From positions 1 to 64,000 of the forward strand of contig CAWJZV010000041.1 in the NCBI GenBank assembly GCA_963847445.1: DNA of 64,000 nt, written 5' to 3'. The notes beneath the pieces are model-generated. The model was not told the DNA's origin. It did no database searches and saw only the letters and a list, made by a program, of their open reading frames with translations. Positions 53,313 to 63,709 of the stretch are shown here, piece by piece (the first letter of the stretch is position 1; every line of letters begins with the position of its first letter). Source of the stretch: an uncultured delta proteobacterium. Lineage in GTDB: Bacteria > Desulfobacterota > Binatia > UBA9968. The translations under genes were made by a program, and so were the position numbers.

Positions 53313-55554
53313 ACACTTCTCTCGGTTTGGCGCCGTCAGCGGGACCGATGACGCCGTCGCGTTCCATCACTTCGACCATCCGCGCGGCGCGGTTGTAGCC
53401 TACACGTAACCGCCGTTGAATCATAGAGATCGACGCCTGCCGGGTCTCGGTGACGATGGCGACCGCCTGGTCGTACATCTCGTCGTGTTCTTCATCGGCG
53501 GCAGCCGCGGCTTCGACTTCTTTTTTGGCTTCAAGAATATCGGTCCGGTAGTTGGGCCGGCCCTGTTGCTTGATGAATTTCATCACTTTGCGCACTTCTT
53601 GGTCGGAGACGAAGGCGCCATGGATGCGGGTTAGCCGCGCCGTTCCCGGCGGCAGGAAGAGCATGTCGCCGTTGCCGAGGAGCTTCTCACTGCCCATGGA
53701 GTCCAAGATCGTCCGCGAGTCGATGCGCGAGGTCACCTGAAACGAAATGCGCGCCGGAAAATTGGCCTTGATCAGGCCCGTGATGACATCGACCGAGGGC
53801 CGTTGGGTGGCCAAGATCAAATGTATGCCGGCGGCCCGCGCCTTTTGCGCCAGGCGGGTAATGTATTCTTCGATGTCTCTGCCGACGGTCATCATGAGGT
53901 CGGCCAATTCATCGATGATGATGACGATGCGCGGCAGATGGCCATGCACCAACGCCGCGTCTCTCGACAGCCGGCCGCCGATGACCGGCGTTTGATCCAT
54001 CGGTTCCTCGTCCGTCAATTGGATCAAGTCCTTTTTGTTGCCAGACTCCTTCTCGATCGCCCGGTTGTAGCCGTCGATGTTGCGCACGGCTTTTTCCCTC
54101 ATTAGACGATAACGGCGGTCCATTTCATCCATCGCCCAGAACAGCGCGGCGGCAGCCTTTTTTGGATCGGTCACCACCGGTACCAGCTGGTGCGGAATGT
54201 CTTCGTAAACGGTCAATTCCAGCATCTTGGGATCGACCATAATGAATTTGACGTCCTGCGGGCTCGACTTGAACAGCAGGCTCAGGATCATCGCGTTGAT
54301 CGACACCGATTTGCCGGTGCCGGTGGCTCCGGCGACCAACAGATGGGGCATTTTGGCGAGATCGGTGGAAAACGGCACGCCGCCGATGTCTTTGCCCAGC
54401 GCCAGGGTAATCTTTGAGTCGGCAGCACGGTAGGATTCACTCTCGATCACTTCGCGCAAATACACGGTCTCGCGCCGCGGGTTGGGAATCTCGATACCGA
54501 CCACCGATTCGCCGGGGATCGGCGCCAAGATGCGCACGCTGACGGCGCGCAGTGCCATGGCGAGATCGTCGGCCAACATGACGATGCGCCGGACTTTGAC
54601 GCCGGGCGCGGGCTTGAACTCGTACATGGTGATGACCGGGCCGGGACGTACCGCGACGACTTCGCCTTCGACGCCAAAGTCTTCGAGCTTTTTCTGCAAG
54701 ATCAGCGAGTTGGCGTGCAGGGTTTCTTTGTCGATAGTGATTTGCTGATGTTCGGGCGGATCCAAAAGATCCAGCGGCGGTAGTTTGTAACCCTCGCCGA
54801 CCTCCGGGAGATTAAACTGTTCGGGCGCCGGCGCCGCCGGCTTTTTGGCCGGCTTTTTTACCAGGAAGTCATTGATGGGATCGTCTCTGGTGAGGATAGC
54901 CGGCGGGGTGTAGTCTTTTTTTTCTTTCTTGGTGTTCTCGCCTTTGCGTTTATCGTGATTTTCTTTGAGTTCCTTTATCCGGTCGTTGATCGCCGGCACC
55001 ACGGATTTCCTAAACTCGGCGAAATTCTTTCTGCTATGACCGATCAGATCGAGCAGCGAATGCTGGGTCAGCAACATGATCGACAGGAGCAGCATGAAGC
55101 AGGCGATCAACACCGCGCTCAAGCGGCCGAACAACGGGATTAAAATACTTTCTTTGAGAAAGCCGCCGACAATGCCGCCGGCGTCGCGGGCGCTTTCGCT
55201 GTCGATGAGGACGCTGAGCAGGACGCCGATACTCAACAGGAGAACTGCGTAGGCTGAAGCGCGAGCCAACGAAATGCCATCGTAAGTGGCGCGAAACATT
55301 TGCACCGCGCCGGCGCCGAGAAACACCGGGACTAAATAGGAAGTCAGCCCCAGCCCCTGGAGCAGCAGATCGGCGAGGAAGGCGCCGAGAAAGCCGCCCC
55401 AATTTTGCGTTTCGACCGCGCCCGACGGCGTATTGAACGAGCGATCGTTGACGCTATAGGAAACCAAGCTGATGGCGATTAGCAGCGCCGTAAGCGCGAT
55501 CACGACAGCCCAGATTTCTCGGTTGAGACGGCCCTTTTCGATGACAGCTGGCAT
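53287..55554 (-). CDS. ftsK: DNA translocase FtsK
   Basis: 4TM N-terminus, PHLLVAGATGTGKS, DPKMLEL, DELADLM, ATQRPS, gamma domain GYNRAAR. Confidence 0.96.
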   Translation of the reverse strand: MPAVIEKGRLNREIWAVVIALTALLIAISLVSYSVNDRSFNTPSGAVETQNWGGFLGAFLADLLLQGLGLTSYLVPVFLGAGAVQMFRATYDGISLARASAYAVLLLSIGVLLSVLIDSESARDAGGIVGGFLKESILIPLFGRLSAVLIACFMLLLSIMLLTQHSLLDLIGHSRKNFAEFRKSVVPAINDRIKELKENHDKRKGENTKKEKKDYTPPAILTRDDPINDFLVKKPAKKPAAPAPEQFNLPEVGEGYKLPPLDLLDPPEHQQITIDKETLHANSLILQKKLEDFGVEGEVVAVRPGPVITMYEFKPAPGVKVRRIVMLADDLAMALRAVSVRILAPIPGESVVGIEIPNPRRETVYLREVIESESYRAADSKITLALGKDIGGVPFSTDLAKMPHLLVAGATGTGKSVSINAMILSLLFKSSPQDVKFIMVDPKMLELTVYEDIPHQLVPVVTDPKKAAAALFWAMDEMDRRYRLMREKAVRNIDGYNRAIEKESGNKKDLIQLTDEEPMDQTPVIGGRLSRDAALVHGHLPRIVIIIDELADLMMTVGRDIEEYITRLAQKARAAGIHLILATQRPSVDVITGLIKANFPARISFQVTSRIDSRTILDSMGSEKLLGNGDMLFLPPGTARLTRIHGAFVSDQEVRKVMKFIKQQGRPNYRTDILEAKKEVEAAAAADEEHDEMYDQAVAIVTETRQASISMIQRRLRVGYNRAARMVEVMERDGVIGPADGAKPREVYAQKIEED

Positions 55555-55566
55555 AGTTCGGTTTCC

Positions 55567-57222
55567 TTAGGTTTCGATGATGTAGGGCAGCACCACGGGG
55601 CGGCGCTCGAGTTTCTTCCTGAAAAATCGCCGCAATACCAGGCGCACTTCCTCCTTGAGCTCTTCCGGGTCTCTGCGGGTCTCGCGGTTCATGTTGGCCA
55701 GGGCGGCGAGCACGGCCTGTTTGGCGCTCTCCATGACCTCTTCGCTTTCTTCGGCGAGCATAAAGCCGCGGGAGATCAAATCCGGCCCGGCGACGAGTTC
55801 GCCGGATTGCTGATGGATCGCCATGACCGCCAGGACCATGCCGTCTTCGGACAGATGGCGGCGGTCGCGGATGACCATGTCGCCGACGTCGCCGACGCCT
55901 TTGCCGTCGACGAAGACCCGCCCGACTTGAATCGGCTTGACCTTCTCTGCACCCCGGTTGGTCAGTTCGAGGACGTCGCCGTCATCGAGCAGGAAACAGT
56001 TTTCCTCGGGGATGCCGACCTCTTGGGCGAGCCGCCGGTGGCGGACGAGATGGCGATATTCGCCGTGGATCGGCACGAAATAGCGCGGCCGGGTGAGTTG
56101 TAACATAGTTTTCAGCTCTTCCTGGCTGGCGTGACCGGAGACGTGGATCTCCGAGACTTTTTCGTAGTGCACCTCGGCGCCGCGGCGGTACAGATGATTG
56201 ATCAGGTTCGAGATCACCTTCTCGTTGCCGGGGATGAATTTCGACGACAGAATCACCGTGTCGCCGGCAGCGACTTTGAGCGTCTTGTGGTCGTTCAAGG
56301 CGACCCGGTGTAACACCGACATGGGTTCGCCCTGGCTGCCGGTGGTGAGAAACAGCAGTTGGTCCGCCGGCAAGCTTTGCCAGCGTTCGCTATCGTTCAT
56401 GAAACTGCGCGGCATTTGCAGATAGCCGAGTTCGGCGGCGACCTCGCAGTTGCGAATCATGCTGCGGCCGCTGAGCACGACGCGCCGGTTGCAGCGCTCG
56501 GCGATCTCGACGACCTGCTGGATTCGCGGGATGCTCGACGAAAAGGTCGAAACCAAGACTTTGCCGGTACTCTTGACGATGATCTGTTCCAAATTCGTTC
56601 CGACTTCGCGCTCCGAAGGCGTATGGCCGCGGCGCTCGACGTTGGTCGAGTCGGACATCAAGAGCAGCACGCCCTTCTCGCCGTAGGCGGCGAAGCGCTG
56701 GAAGTCGAACATCTCGCCATCCATCGGCGTGTTGTCGATCTTGAAGTCGCCGGTGTGAATCACCGTGCCCAGGGGCGTCTCGACGGCCAAGGCCAAGCAG
56801 TCCATCAAACTATGGGTAACCCGGATGCCTTCGATGGTAAACGGACCGATCTGCCAGGGGGCGCCGGCGGTGATCTCGTGAATCTCGGTGCTGTCTTCGA
56901 GGTCATGTTCTTTCAGTTTATTCGCCAGCAGGCCCAGGGTCAGCTTGGTGCCGTAGATCGGCACATCGAAGTGCTTCAAGACGAACGGCAGGGCGCCGAC
57001 ATGATCCTCATGGGCATGGGTCAGCACGATCGCCTTGAGCTTGGTCTTTTCCTCCAGCAAATAGCTGACATCGGGTATCACTAGATCGATGCCCAACAGA
57101 TGGGCGTCGGGAAACATGAGGCCGCAGTCCACCGCGATGGCGTCGTCGCCATACTCGATCAGCATCATGTTCAAGCCAAACTCGCCGAGGCCGCCAAGCG
57201 GGATGATTTTCAAAGGTTCCAT
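55567..57222 (-). CDS. rnj: Ribonuclease J
   Basis: PLGGLGEFG, THAHEDH, HTGDFK, DSTN, TGSQGE, HVSGH, PIHGE. Confidence 0.96.
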   Translation of the reverse strand: MEPLKIIPLGGLGEFGLNMMLIEYGDDAIAVDCGLMFPDAHLLGIDLVIPDVSYLLEEKTKLKAIVLTHAHEDHVGALPFVLKHFDVPIYGTKLTLGLLANKLKEHDLEDSTEIHEITAGAPWQIGPFTIEGIRVTHSLMDCLALAVETPLGTVIHTGDFKIDNTPMDGEMFDFQRFAAYGEKGVLLLMSDSTNVERRGHTPSEREVGTNLEQIIVKSTGKVLVSTFSSSIPRIQQVVEIAERCNRRVVLSGRSMIRNCEVAAELGYLQMPRSFMNDSERWQSLPADQLLFLTTGSQGEPMSVLHRVALNDHKTLKVAAGDTVILSSKFIPGNEKVISNLINHLYRRGAEVHYEKVSEIHVSGHASQEELKTMLQLTRPRYFVPIHGEYRHLVRHRRLAQEVGIPEENCFLLDDGDVLELTNRGAEKVKPIQVGRVFVDGKGVGDVGDMVIRDRRHLSEDGMVLAVMAIHQQSGELVAGPDLISRGFMLAEESEEVMESAKQAVLAALANMNRETRRDPEELKEEVRLVLRRFFRKKLERRPVVLPYIIET

Positions 57223-57228
57223 GAATGG

Positions 57229-57999
57229 TTAGACGGTTCTCCCTTGCGGCGTGATGGCCGCTCCGGTCAGATTTTCTTGGCTCGCGCTCATCGGCTCGCT
57301 GGTTCGTAGATTAGCCGCGATGATTTCTTGCACCTGCGCGCTCAAGCCGCGCAGCCCGCCCGGGCGAAAGTCTGCCGCCGCAATCGGCGCGCCGATGGTG
57401 ACGTCGATTGCCCCGGGCCGGACGCGCCATTCGCCTCTGGCCAGCAGTTTGCCCGTGCCGTTGATCGTCACCGGCACAATCGGCGTCTTGCTTTTCAGCG
57501 CCAGGAGAAAGCCGCCGCGTTTGAACGGCAACAACTTGCCGTCCGTGCTGCGGGTGCCTTCCGGGAATACCACCACCGAGATGCCCGCCGCGATGCGCTG
57601 CTTGGCGAGCTTTAAACTCTTCAGCGCGTCCAACGAATCCGCCCGGTCGACGATAATATGCTTCGCCGCCCACATCGCCCAACCGAACAAAGGTATCCAA
57701 AAGAGTTCTTTCTTGGCGAGCCAGCGGAGCTGGAACTGCGGCAACGCTTGAACCAGCACTGGAATGTCGAAGTTGCTTTGGTGATTGACGACAAAAAGAT
57801 ACTGGCGTTGCGGGTCCAAGCGATTCAGCCCTTTTACCGTCAACGTGATGCCGCTGAATTTGACAATCAGCCAAGTCCAAAATTGACTGATGCGATAAAC
57901 CCGTTTGCCGTGGGCATCGAACAGGCCGCATAGAACCATCACCAGCGAAAGCACCATGGTGACCGCGATGACGATTGCTAATTTGACTGCGTAAAACAT
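57229..57999 (-). CDS. plsC: 1-acyl-sn-glycerol-3-phosphate acyltransferase
   Basis: NHQSNFD, FPEGTRS, FKRG. Confidence 0.9.
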   Translation of the reverse strand: MFYAVKLAIVIAVTMVLSLVMVLCGLFDAHGKRVYRISQFWTWLIVKFSGITLTVKGLNRLDPQRQYLFVVNHQSNFDIPVLVQALPQFQLRWLAKKELFWIPLFGWAMWAAKHIIVDRADSLDALKSLKLAKQRIAAGISVVVFPEGTRSTDGKLLPFKRGGFLLALKSKTPIVPVTINGTGKLLARGEWRVRPGAIDVTIGAPIAAADFRPGGLRGLSAQVQEIIAANLRTSEPMSASQENLTGAAITPQGRTV

Positions 58000-58114
58000 C
58001 AAGACAAAGCTAAATTTGAACCGTCGAACTCATTGGAAATGGGTAGCTAATTGTAGAGAAGGCCTGGGCAAAAATCAATGTGAGGAAGTTTTTGCGAACT
58101 TCAGCTCAATCGAG

Positions 58115-58143
58115 TTGACTCTCCAGAGGGGCAGGGTTAAGTT
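58115..58143 (+). promoter_or_regulatory. Sigma70-like promoter of ssb
   Basis: TTGACT-17 bp-TAAGTT. Confidence 0.5.
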
Positions 58144-58190
58144 GAGAGCACTTTTCCGCCGCAAAGTTTCTTTCCGGGTCGGGAGGCAGC

Positions 58191-58628
58191 ATGTCCGTTA
58201 ACAAAGTCATTTTGGTCGGCAATCTCGGCAAGGATCCCGAGGTGCGTTATACCCAGACGGGCAGCGCCGTGGCGAATTTCTCGATCGCCACCTCCGAGCA
58301 GTGGAACGACCGCGACGGTAAACGCCAGGAGCGCACCGAGTGGCATAACATTGTGGTCTGGGGTAAGCAGGCCGAGCACTGCGGCCAGTATCTATCGAAA
58401 GGCCGGCAGGTGTTTGTCGAAGGCAGCATTCGCACGCGCAGCTACGACGATAAGAGCGGCAACAAGCGCTACATCACCGAGATCATCGCCCAACGGATTC
58501 AGTTCCTTGGCAGCGGCGGCGGCACCCGCGGGCCGCAGCAAGGCACGGATTCCGGCAGTGTCGACGATATGGCGATGGGCGGCATGGGCGGCGGCCAGCC
58601 GCCGAGCGACGACGATATTCCGTTTTAA
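58191..58628 (+). CDS. ssb: Single-stranded DNA-binding protein
   Basis: [25 protein letters not shown] tail. Confidence 0.97.
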   Translation: MSVNKVILVGNLGKDPEVRYTQTGSAVANFSIATSEQWNDRDGKRQERTEWHNIVVWGKQAEHCGQYLSKGRQVFVEGSIRTRSYDDKSGNKRYITEIIAQRIQFLGSGGGTRGPQQGTDSGSVDDMAMGGMGGGQPPSDDDIPF

Positions 58629-58735
58629 GCTGGCGACAGCGCAGATCGGTCATCATCACCGCCATCACGCCATGCGGATGAGTGGTTTGAACAGCTCCGG
58701 CTTAACAGTTTTACTTCCTTGCTTCATGGTGCGCC

Positions 58736-60664
58736 ATGGAACGTTCGCCGTTGCAAGAAATCGATGTCGATGCCGCGCTGCGCACAATCTTGGAAGGAAC
58801 CGCGACCGCAACCGGCGCCGAGTTTTTTCGGGCGTTGGTGAAAAATCTCGCCGAGGCGCTCGGCACTCATGGCGCCTGGGTGACGGAATATTTTCCCGAA
58901 TCTCGGCGGCTCAAGGCACTGTCGTTTTGGATGGGCGACAGCTGGCTCGATGGCTGGGAGATGGTGGTTGACGGCACTCCCTGTGAACGCGTGATCGATC
59001 AGCGCTGTTTGATCCATATCCCGGACAATCTGCTGAACATCTATGGCGACGATCCGGATGTACGGGCGATCGGAGCGGCGAGTTATATGGGCATGCCGCT
59101 GCTCGATCTCGACGGCAAGATTCTCGGACATCTCGCGGTGCTCGACATGCGACCGATGCCGGCCGAGCCGCGGGCGCAAACTTTATTTCAGATCTTTGCC
59201 GCGCGCGCTGGCCGCCGAGTTGCGCCGGCTGCGCGCCGAAACCCAGGTGCGCGAGCGCGAGCAAAAGCTTGGCCGCTTGGTCGGCAGCGCCATGGACGCG
59301 ATCATCGAGCTTGATCGCCATTTGGCGATCACGCAGATGAATCCGGCCGCGGAGAGAGTATTCGGTTGTGGCGCCGGCGCTATGATCGGCGAAACTTTTA
59401 GTCATCGTCTCGTGCCAGACGCGCGCGAAAAGCTCGCTCGATTGATCATCGAGCTCGATAGCCGGCCAGACGGTCAGCGTTCGTTATGGGTTGCCGGCGG
59501 TTTTCACGCCATCGCTCGTGACGGCAGCTTCATTTCAAGCGGAGGCGACCCTGGCGCGCTTCGATGTCGAGCGGGCACCGTTTTACACGCTTATCCTGCG
59601 CAATGTGAATGAACGTATCGAAGCCGAGAACAAGATTCGCTCCCTTACCGTCGAGACCGAATATCTGCGCGAAGAAATTAAGTCGCTGGTGGGTGCCGAC
59701 GGCATCGTCGGCCAGAGCGCGCCTTGGCTAAAGGTCTTGAGCGACGTGCAGGAGGTTGCCGCCACCGATGCCACGGTGTTGATTCTCGGCGAAACCGGCA
59801 CGGGAAAAGAAGTGATCGCACGATCCATTCACCGCGCCAGCCGGCGCCACAACCAGCCGCTCATCAAGGTCAATTGCGCGGCGATTCCGGCGGCATTGAT
59901 CGAGAGCGAACTTTTCGGCCATGAAGCGGGCGCCTTTACCGGCGCCACCAAGAAACGCGATGGCCGCTTCGCCATGGCCCATGGCGGCACGATCTTTCTC
60001 GATGAAGTGGGCGAGCTGCCGTTCGACTTGCAGAGTAAATTACTGCGGGTATTGCAAGAAGGCGAGTTCGAGCCGGTGGGCAGCTCGCAGACCCGAAGAG
60101 TCGATGTGCGCGTCTTGGCCGCCACCAATCGAGACCTCCAACGTTGCCACCGGCGAGGGCAAATTCCGCGAGGATCTTTATTACCGCTTGAATGTTTTTC
60201 CCATCGAGTTGCCGCCGCTGCGTGAGCGGCGCGGGGATATCGGCGTGCTGGCCGCGGCCTTCGCCGAAAAATTCGCCAAGAGCATGGGCCGGCCGATCGA
60301 ACCGCTGTCGGCGGACTGTATCCGCCGTCTGGAAGCCTACCGTTGGCCCGGCAACGTCCGCGAACTGCAAAATATTATCGAGCGCGCCGTGATCACCGCC
60401 CGCGATCGCAGGCTCAATCTCGACCGCGCCCTGCCGGAAAGCGTCGGCGTGCTCGCCGTCGCGTTGACCGGCGGCGAAGCCGCCGCCAAGCGGGTGCGCA
60501 CCGCTAAGGAGCTTGAAGACTTGGAGCGGGAGAATATCGTCGCCGCCCTCGAAGCGAGCGATTGGAAAGTCGCCGGCGCAAACGGCGCCGCCACCCTGCT
60601 TGGCATCAAGCCGACGACGCTCAGCTCGCGCATGAAAGCGCTCGGTATCGAGCGCAAACGCTAA
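58736..60664 (+). CDS. Sigma54-dependent activator (GAF-PAS-AAA+-HTH), frameshifted
   Basis: GAF (TPCERV, YMGMPL), PAS ([10 protein letters not shown]), [44 protein letters not shown]. Confidence 0.9.
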
Positions 60665-60695
60665 TCGCACTCACGAAAAATCATATTCGCCGCGG

Positions 60696-60724
60696 ACGAG
60701 ATCTCGTTAGTAGCGAGATCTCGT
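60696..60724. promoter_or_regulatory. Putative upstream activator sites (tandem palindromes)
   Basis: ACGAGATCTCGT and GCGAGATCTCGT 17 bp apart, 70-100 bp upstream of the -24 element. Confidence 0.65.
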
Positions 60725-60752
60725 TGCCCATTCCTACCGGCGATTTTCATTC

Positions 60753-60765
60753 CAAGCTACTGATT
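60753..60765 (-). promoter_or_regulatory. Putative IHF site
   Basis: AATCAG-TAGC-TTG on the minus strand matches WATCAR-N4-TTR and lies between the UAS and the promoter. Confidence 0.5.
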
Positions 60766-60794
60766 TCTGAAGTTATTCGACACTGCCACGGCTT

Positions 60795-60810
60795 TGGCAT
60801 GGTTCGCGCA
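60795..60810 (+). promoter_or_regulatory. Sigma54 -24/-12 promoter
   Basis: TGGCAT-GGTTC-GCGCA (GG-N10-GC), 53 bp upstream of ATG 60863. Confidence 0.7.
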
Positions 60811-60862
60811 ATAGTTCCGTAGCAACGGCGCTGAGCCGAATAAAAATCACGGAGGAAGGGTC

Positions 60863-61775
60863 ATGAAGAATCACTACAGTTATCGGGACGCGTTGGAGAC
60901 ATCGGAACGGATCAACTGGCGCATCGAAGACATCATTGGCGCCGACAAGCGTTTGGATTTCGCCAAGCCGTTCATGCCGGAGTCGCTCGCCCAGGTGGAT
61001 GGGCTCAGCTTTCTGTCCAGCGACGAGAAACGGATCTTGAACCAGATCCGCGGCCATGAGTACCTCTGCATGTTCGGTCTGGTCGAAGAGTTCATTTTGC
61101 CGTTCGCCGTCGACCACGCCAGGGCGCAGCTGTGCGGCGACGACTTTCGGACTCGCGCGCTGCTCAGGTTCGCCGGCGAAGAGGCCAAGCATATTCATCT
61201 GTTCAAACAGTTCCGCAATGACTTTGGCGCGGGTTTTGGCAGCGACTGTGAGTTCATCGGTCCGGCGGAAGATGTCAAGACGCTTCGTGCTGTCGCACAG
61301 TCCGCTGGGCGTCGGGATAGCGGTCTTGCATATCGAGTGGATCACGCTGCGGCACTACATCGACAGCGTACGCGACAACCAGGAACTCGATCCGCAGTTC
61401 AAGAGCCTGTTGAAGCATCACTGGTTGGAGGAGTCGCAGCACACCAAGATCGATACTTTGATTGTCGAGGAAATGGCGGCGGCGGCGACGCGGGATGAAA
61501 TCGACCTGGCGTTCGAGGAGTACGGCAAGATTGGCGCCTTCATCGACCAAGGTCTCCAGCAGCAGTCGGAGTTCGAGGTTGCCGCCTTTGAACAGGCGAG
61601 CGGGCGCAAGCTTTCAAGCCATGAGCGTCAGGAAATGTTCGAGGCAGTATTGAAAGGGATGCGCTGGACCTATTTGGGCACGGGTATGACGCATCCGAAT
61701 TTCCTTGCCACCGTGGAAGCGATCAAGCCGGAGGCGAGAAAGCAGATCGAAGCGATGGCGTCGGCGTTTTGCTGA
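60863..61775 (+). CDS. Ferritin-like diiron oxygenase, AurF/CmlI-like, one indel
   Basis: VEE, EEAKH, IEW and HWLEESQH (H-x3-E-x2-H) ligand set. Confidence 0.72.
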
Positions 61776-61829
61776 GTTCTAGACGGTCTAGGAAACATTC
61801 GCATCGGATCGACAAAACTAAAAGGAGAA

Positions 61830-63008
61830 ATGGCACATGTCACAATTAGCGGCAATAAACTAGGCCAGTGCGAATATCGAGGTGGTGCCGTCAAGATCGA
61901 AGCGATGTCAACGACCTAGCGCCGCGTTTTGCCGCGCGCGCGGCGGCGGTGGATGAAGCGGATCGCTTCGTTGCGGAGAACTTTGCCGAGTTGAAGGAAC
62001 ACGGGCTGTTCGCCGCCGGCGTGCCGGCGGAATTGGGCGGTCTGGGCGCGAGTCATGGCGAGCTGTGCGAGATGCTGCGATTATTATCGCGCTATCAGTG
62101 CGGCTCGACGGCGCTGGCGTTTTCCATGCACACCCATCAAGTCGCGACCAACGCGTGGCGCTGGCGCCATCAGAAAGCGCCGGTGGACGGTTTACTGAAG
62201 CGCGTCGCCAGCGAAAATATTCTGCTCTTGAGCAGCGGCGGCTCGGATTGGCTGCAACGGTTCCGGCAGCGCGACGCGGGTCGACGGCGGTTTCCGCATC
62301 AATGCGCGCAAGATTTTTTCCAGCGGCGCGCCGGCTGGTGATCTATTGATGACCAGCGCGGTGTACGATGATCCCGATAGCCGGGCCAACTGTGCTCCAC
62401 TTCGCGGTGCCGATGAAAGCCGAAGGGTGTGAAACTGCTCGATACCTGGAAAGTCATGGGCATGCGCGGCACCGGTTCCCATGACATCGAGTTGAACAGA
62501 TGTTTTCGTCGCTGACGCGGCTATTGGCGGCAAGCGTCCGGCGGGCAAGTGGCATCCGTTGTTTCATATTATTTCGATGATCGCTTTCCCATTGATTTAT
62601 TCGGCATATATCGGCGTCGCCGAGGCGGCGCGGGATCTGGTCGTCGACAGGGCGCGCAAGCGCAAAGCGGATCATCGTTCGGTCGAACTTTTCGGCGCCA
62701 TCGATAACGAGTTGACGAGCGCTCGGCTAGCGCTCCAAGACATGATTGCCGCCGCGGCGACCAACGATCCCGGGCTGGCGACGACCAATCGCGTCATGAT
62801 CGGCCGCACGCTGGTTGCGCGCGGTGTGCTGGAGACTGTGGATCTCGCGATGGAAGCCGCGGGCGGTAGCGCGTTCTATCGTTCCGCTGGGTTGGAAAGA
62901 CTGTTCCGCGACGCCCAGGCCGCGCGCTATCATCCGTTGCGCGTAGGCACACAACGAGCCTACGCGGGGCGCATGGCGCTGGGGTTGGATGTCGATGAGG
63001 CGATGTGA
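61830..63008 (+). CDS. Acyl-CoA dehydrogenase-fold flavoprotein (DszC-like monooxygenase group), frameshifted
   Basis: VPAELGGLG, STALAFSMH, W..MGMRGTGSHD, LERLFRDA; AAGGAG RBS. Confidence 0.82.
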
Positions 63009-63389
63009 AACTGGCTAGCGCCGCGCCTGGAGTTCCGGCGCGGCGCTAGTTTCTTGGCGATTCTCCTTTATGTTAAGATCTATCGCGTCACAAGATTTCG
63101 CGGCTCGCCGCAGGAGAAACGCGTCAATGTTGGCTTCGACTTCGACGAATAGCTGCTGGCGCGCTTCGCCCGAACTCCATTCCGTGTGCGGTGTGACATC
63201 AAATAATCTAGTTCCCTGTCCGCGACAGCGATCGGGTGATCGCCAGGCGGCGGCTCTTGGCTGATGACATCGCGGTTTTCTACAATCGCCGCCGCCCACC
63301 TCAATCGTTGAGCCACCAAACCCCAATGAGTTATGAATCAATGAACGTCCCCGCTGATTAACTGTCCGTCACACCCGGGTCAGCGCAGC

Positions 63390-63635
63390 TTGCCGATTCT
63401 TAGGCGGTCCATGTTATTTTTCATTGCCTGTGTAGCGCTGGCCGGCGGCTGTGCAAGGCTGCCGAATGTCGGCGTAATATCGCTAAAGCCCGCGACCTTC
63501 ATTGAGCTGCAGGGAGATTTACTCGATCAAAAAGCCGATTTGGACCTAATTGGATTGCGTGGACCATTTGCCGTGGTCACACAAAAAGAATATGAAATAC
63601 GCCTATCGATCACTGAGCGCATAAATACGGCCTAA
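63390..63635 (+). pseudogene. Truncated lipoprotein fragment
   Basis: LAGGC lipobox, short ORF ending abruptly in AT-richer DNA. Confidence 0.35.
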
Positions 63636-63709
63636 TATTTTACTGTGCGGCAAGAAACCCGGACTCCGCCTTGCACACCCTGCTTGTTGATCGGGAAGGA
63701 GAGCCTGAA

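Noticed and set aside
2783-63008. Mass pseudogenisation or programmed frameshifting
   Set aside because: Breaks are scattered single-base indels with almost no in-frame stops, they hit proC and mscL too, and they show no shared slippery motif. Sequencing consensus error is more parsimonious.
63015-63341. 108-aa minus-strand ORF
   Set aside because: No recognisable motif or clear RBS.
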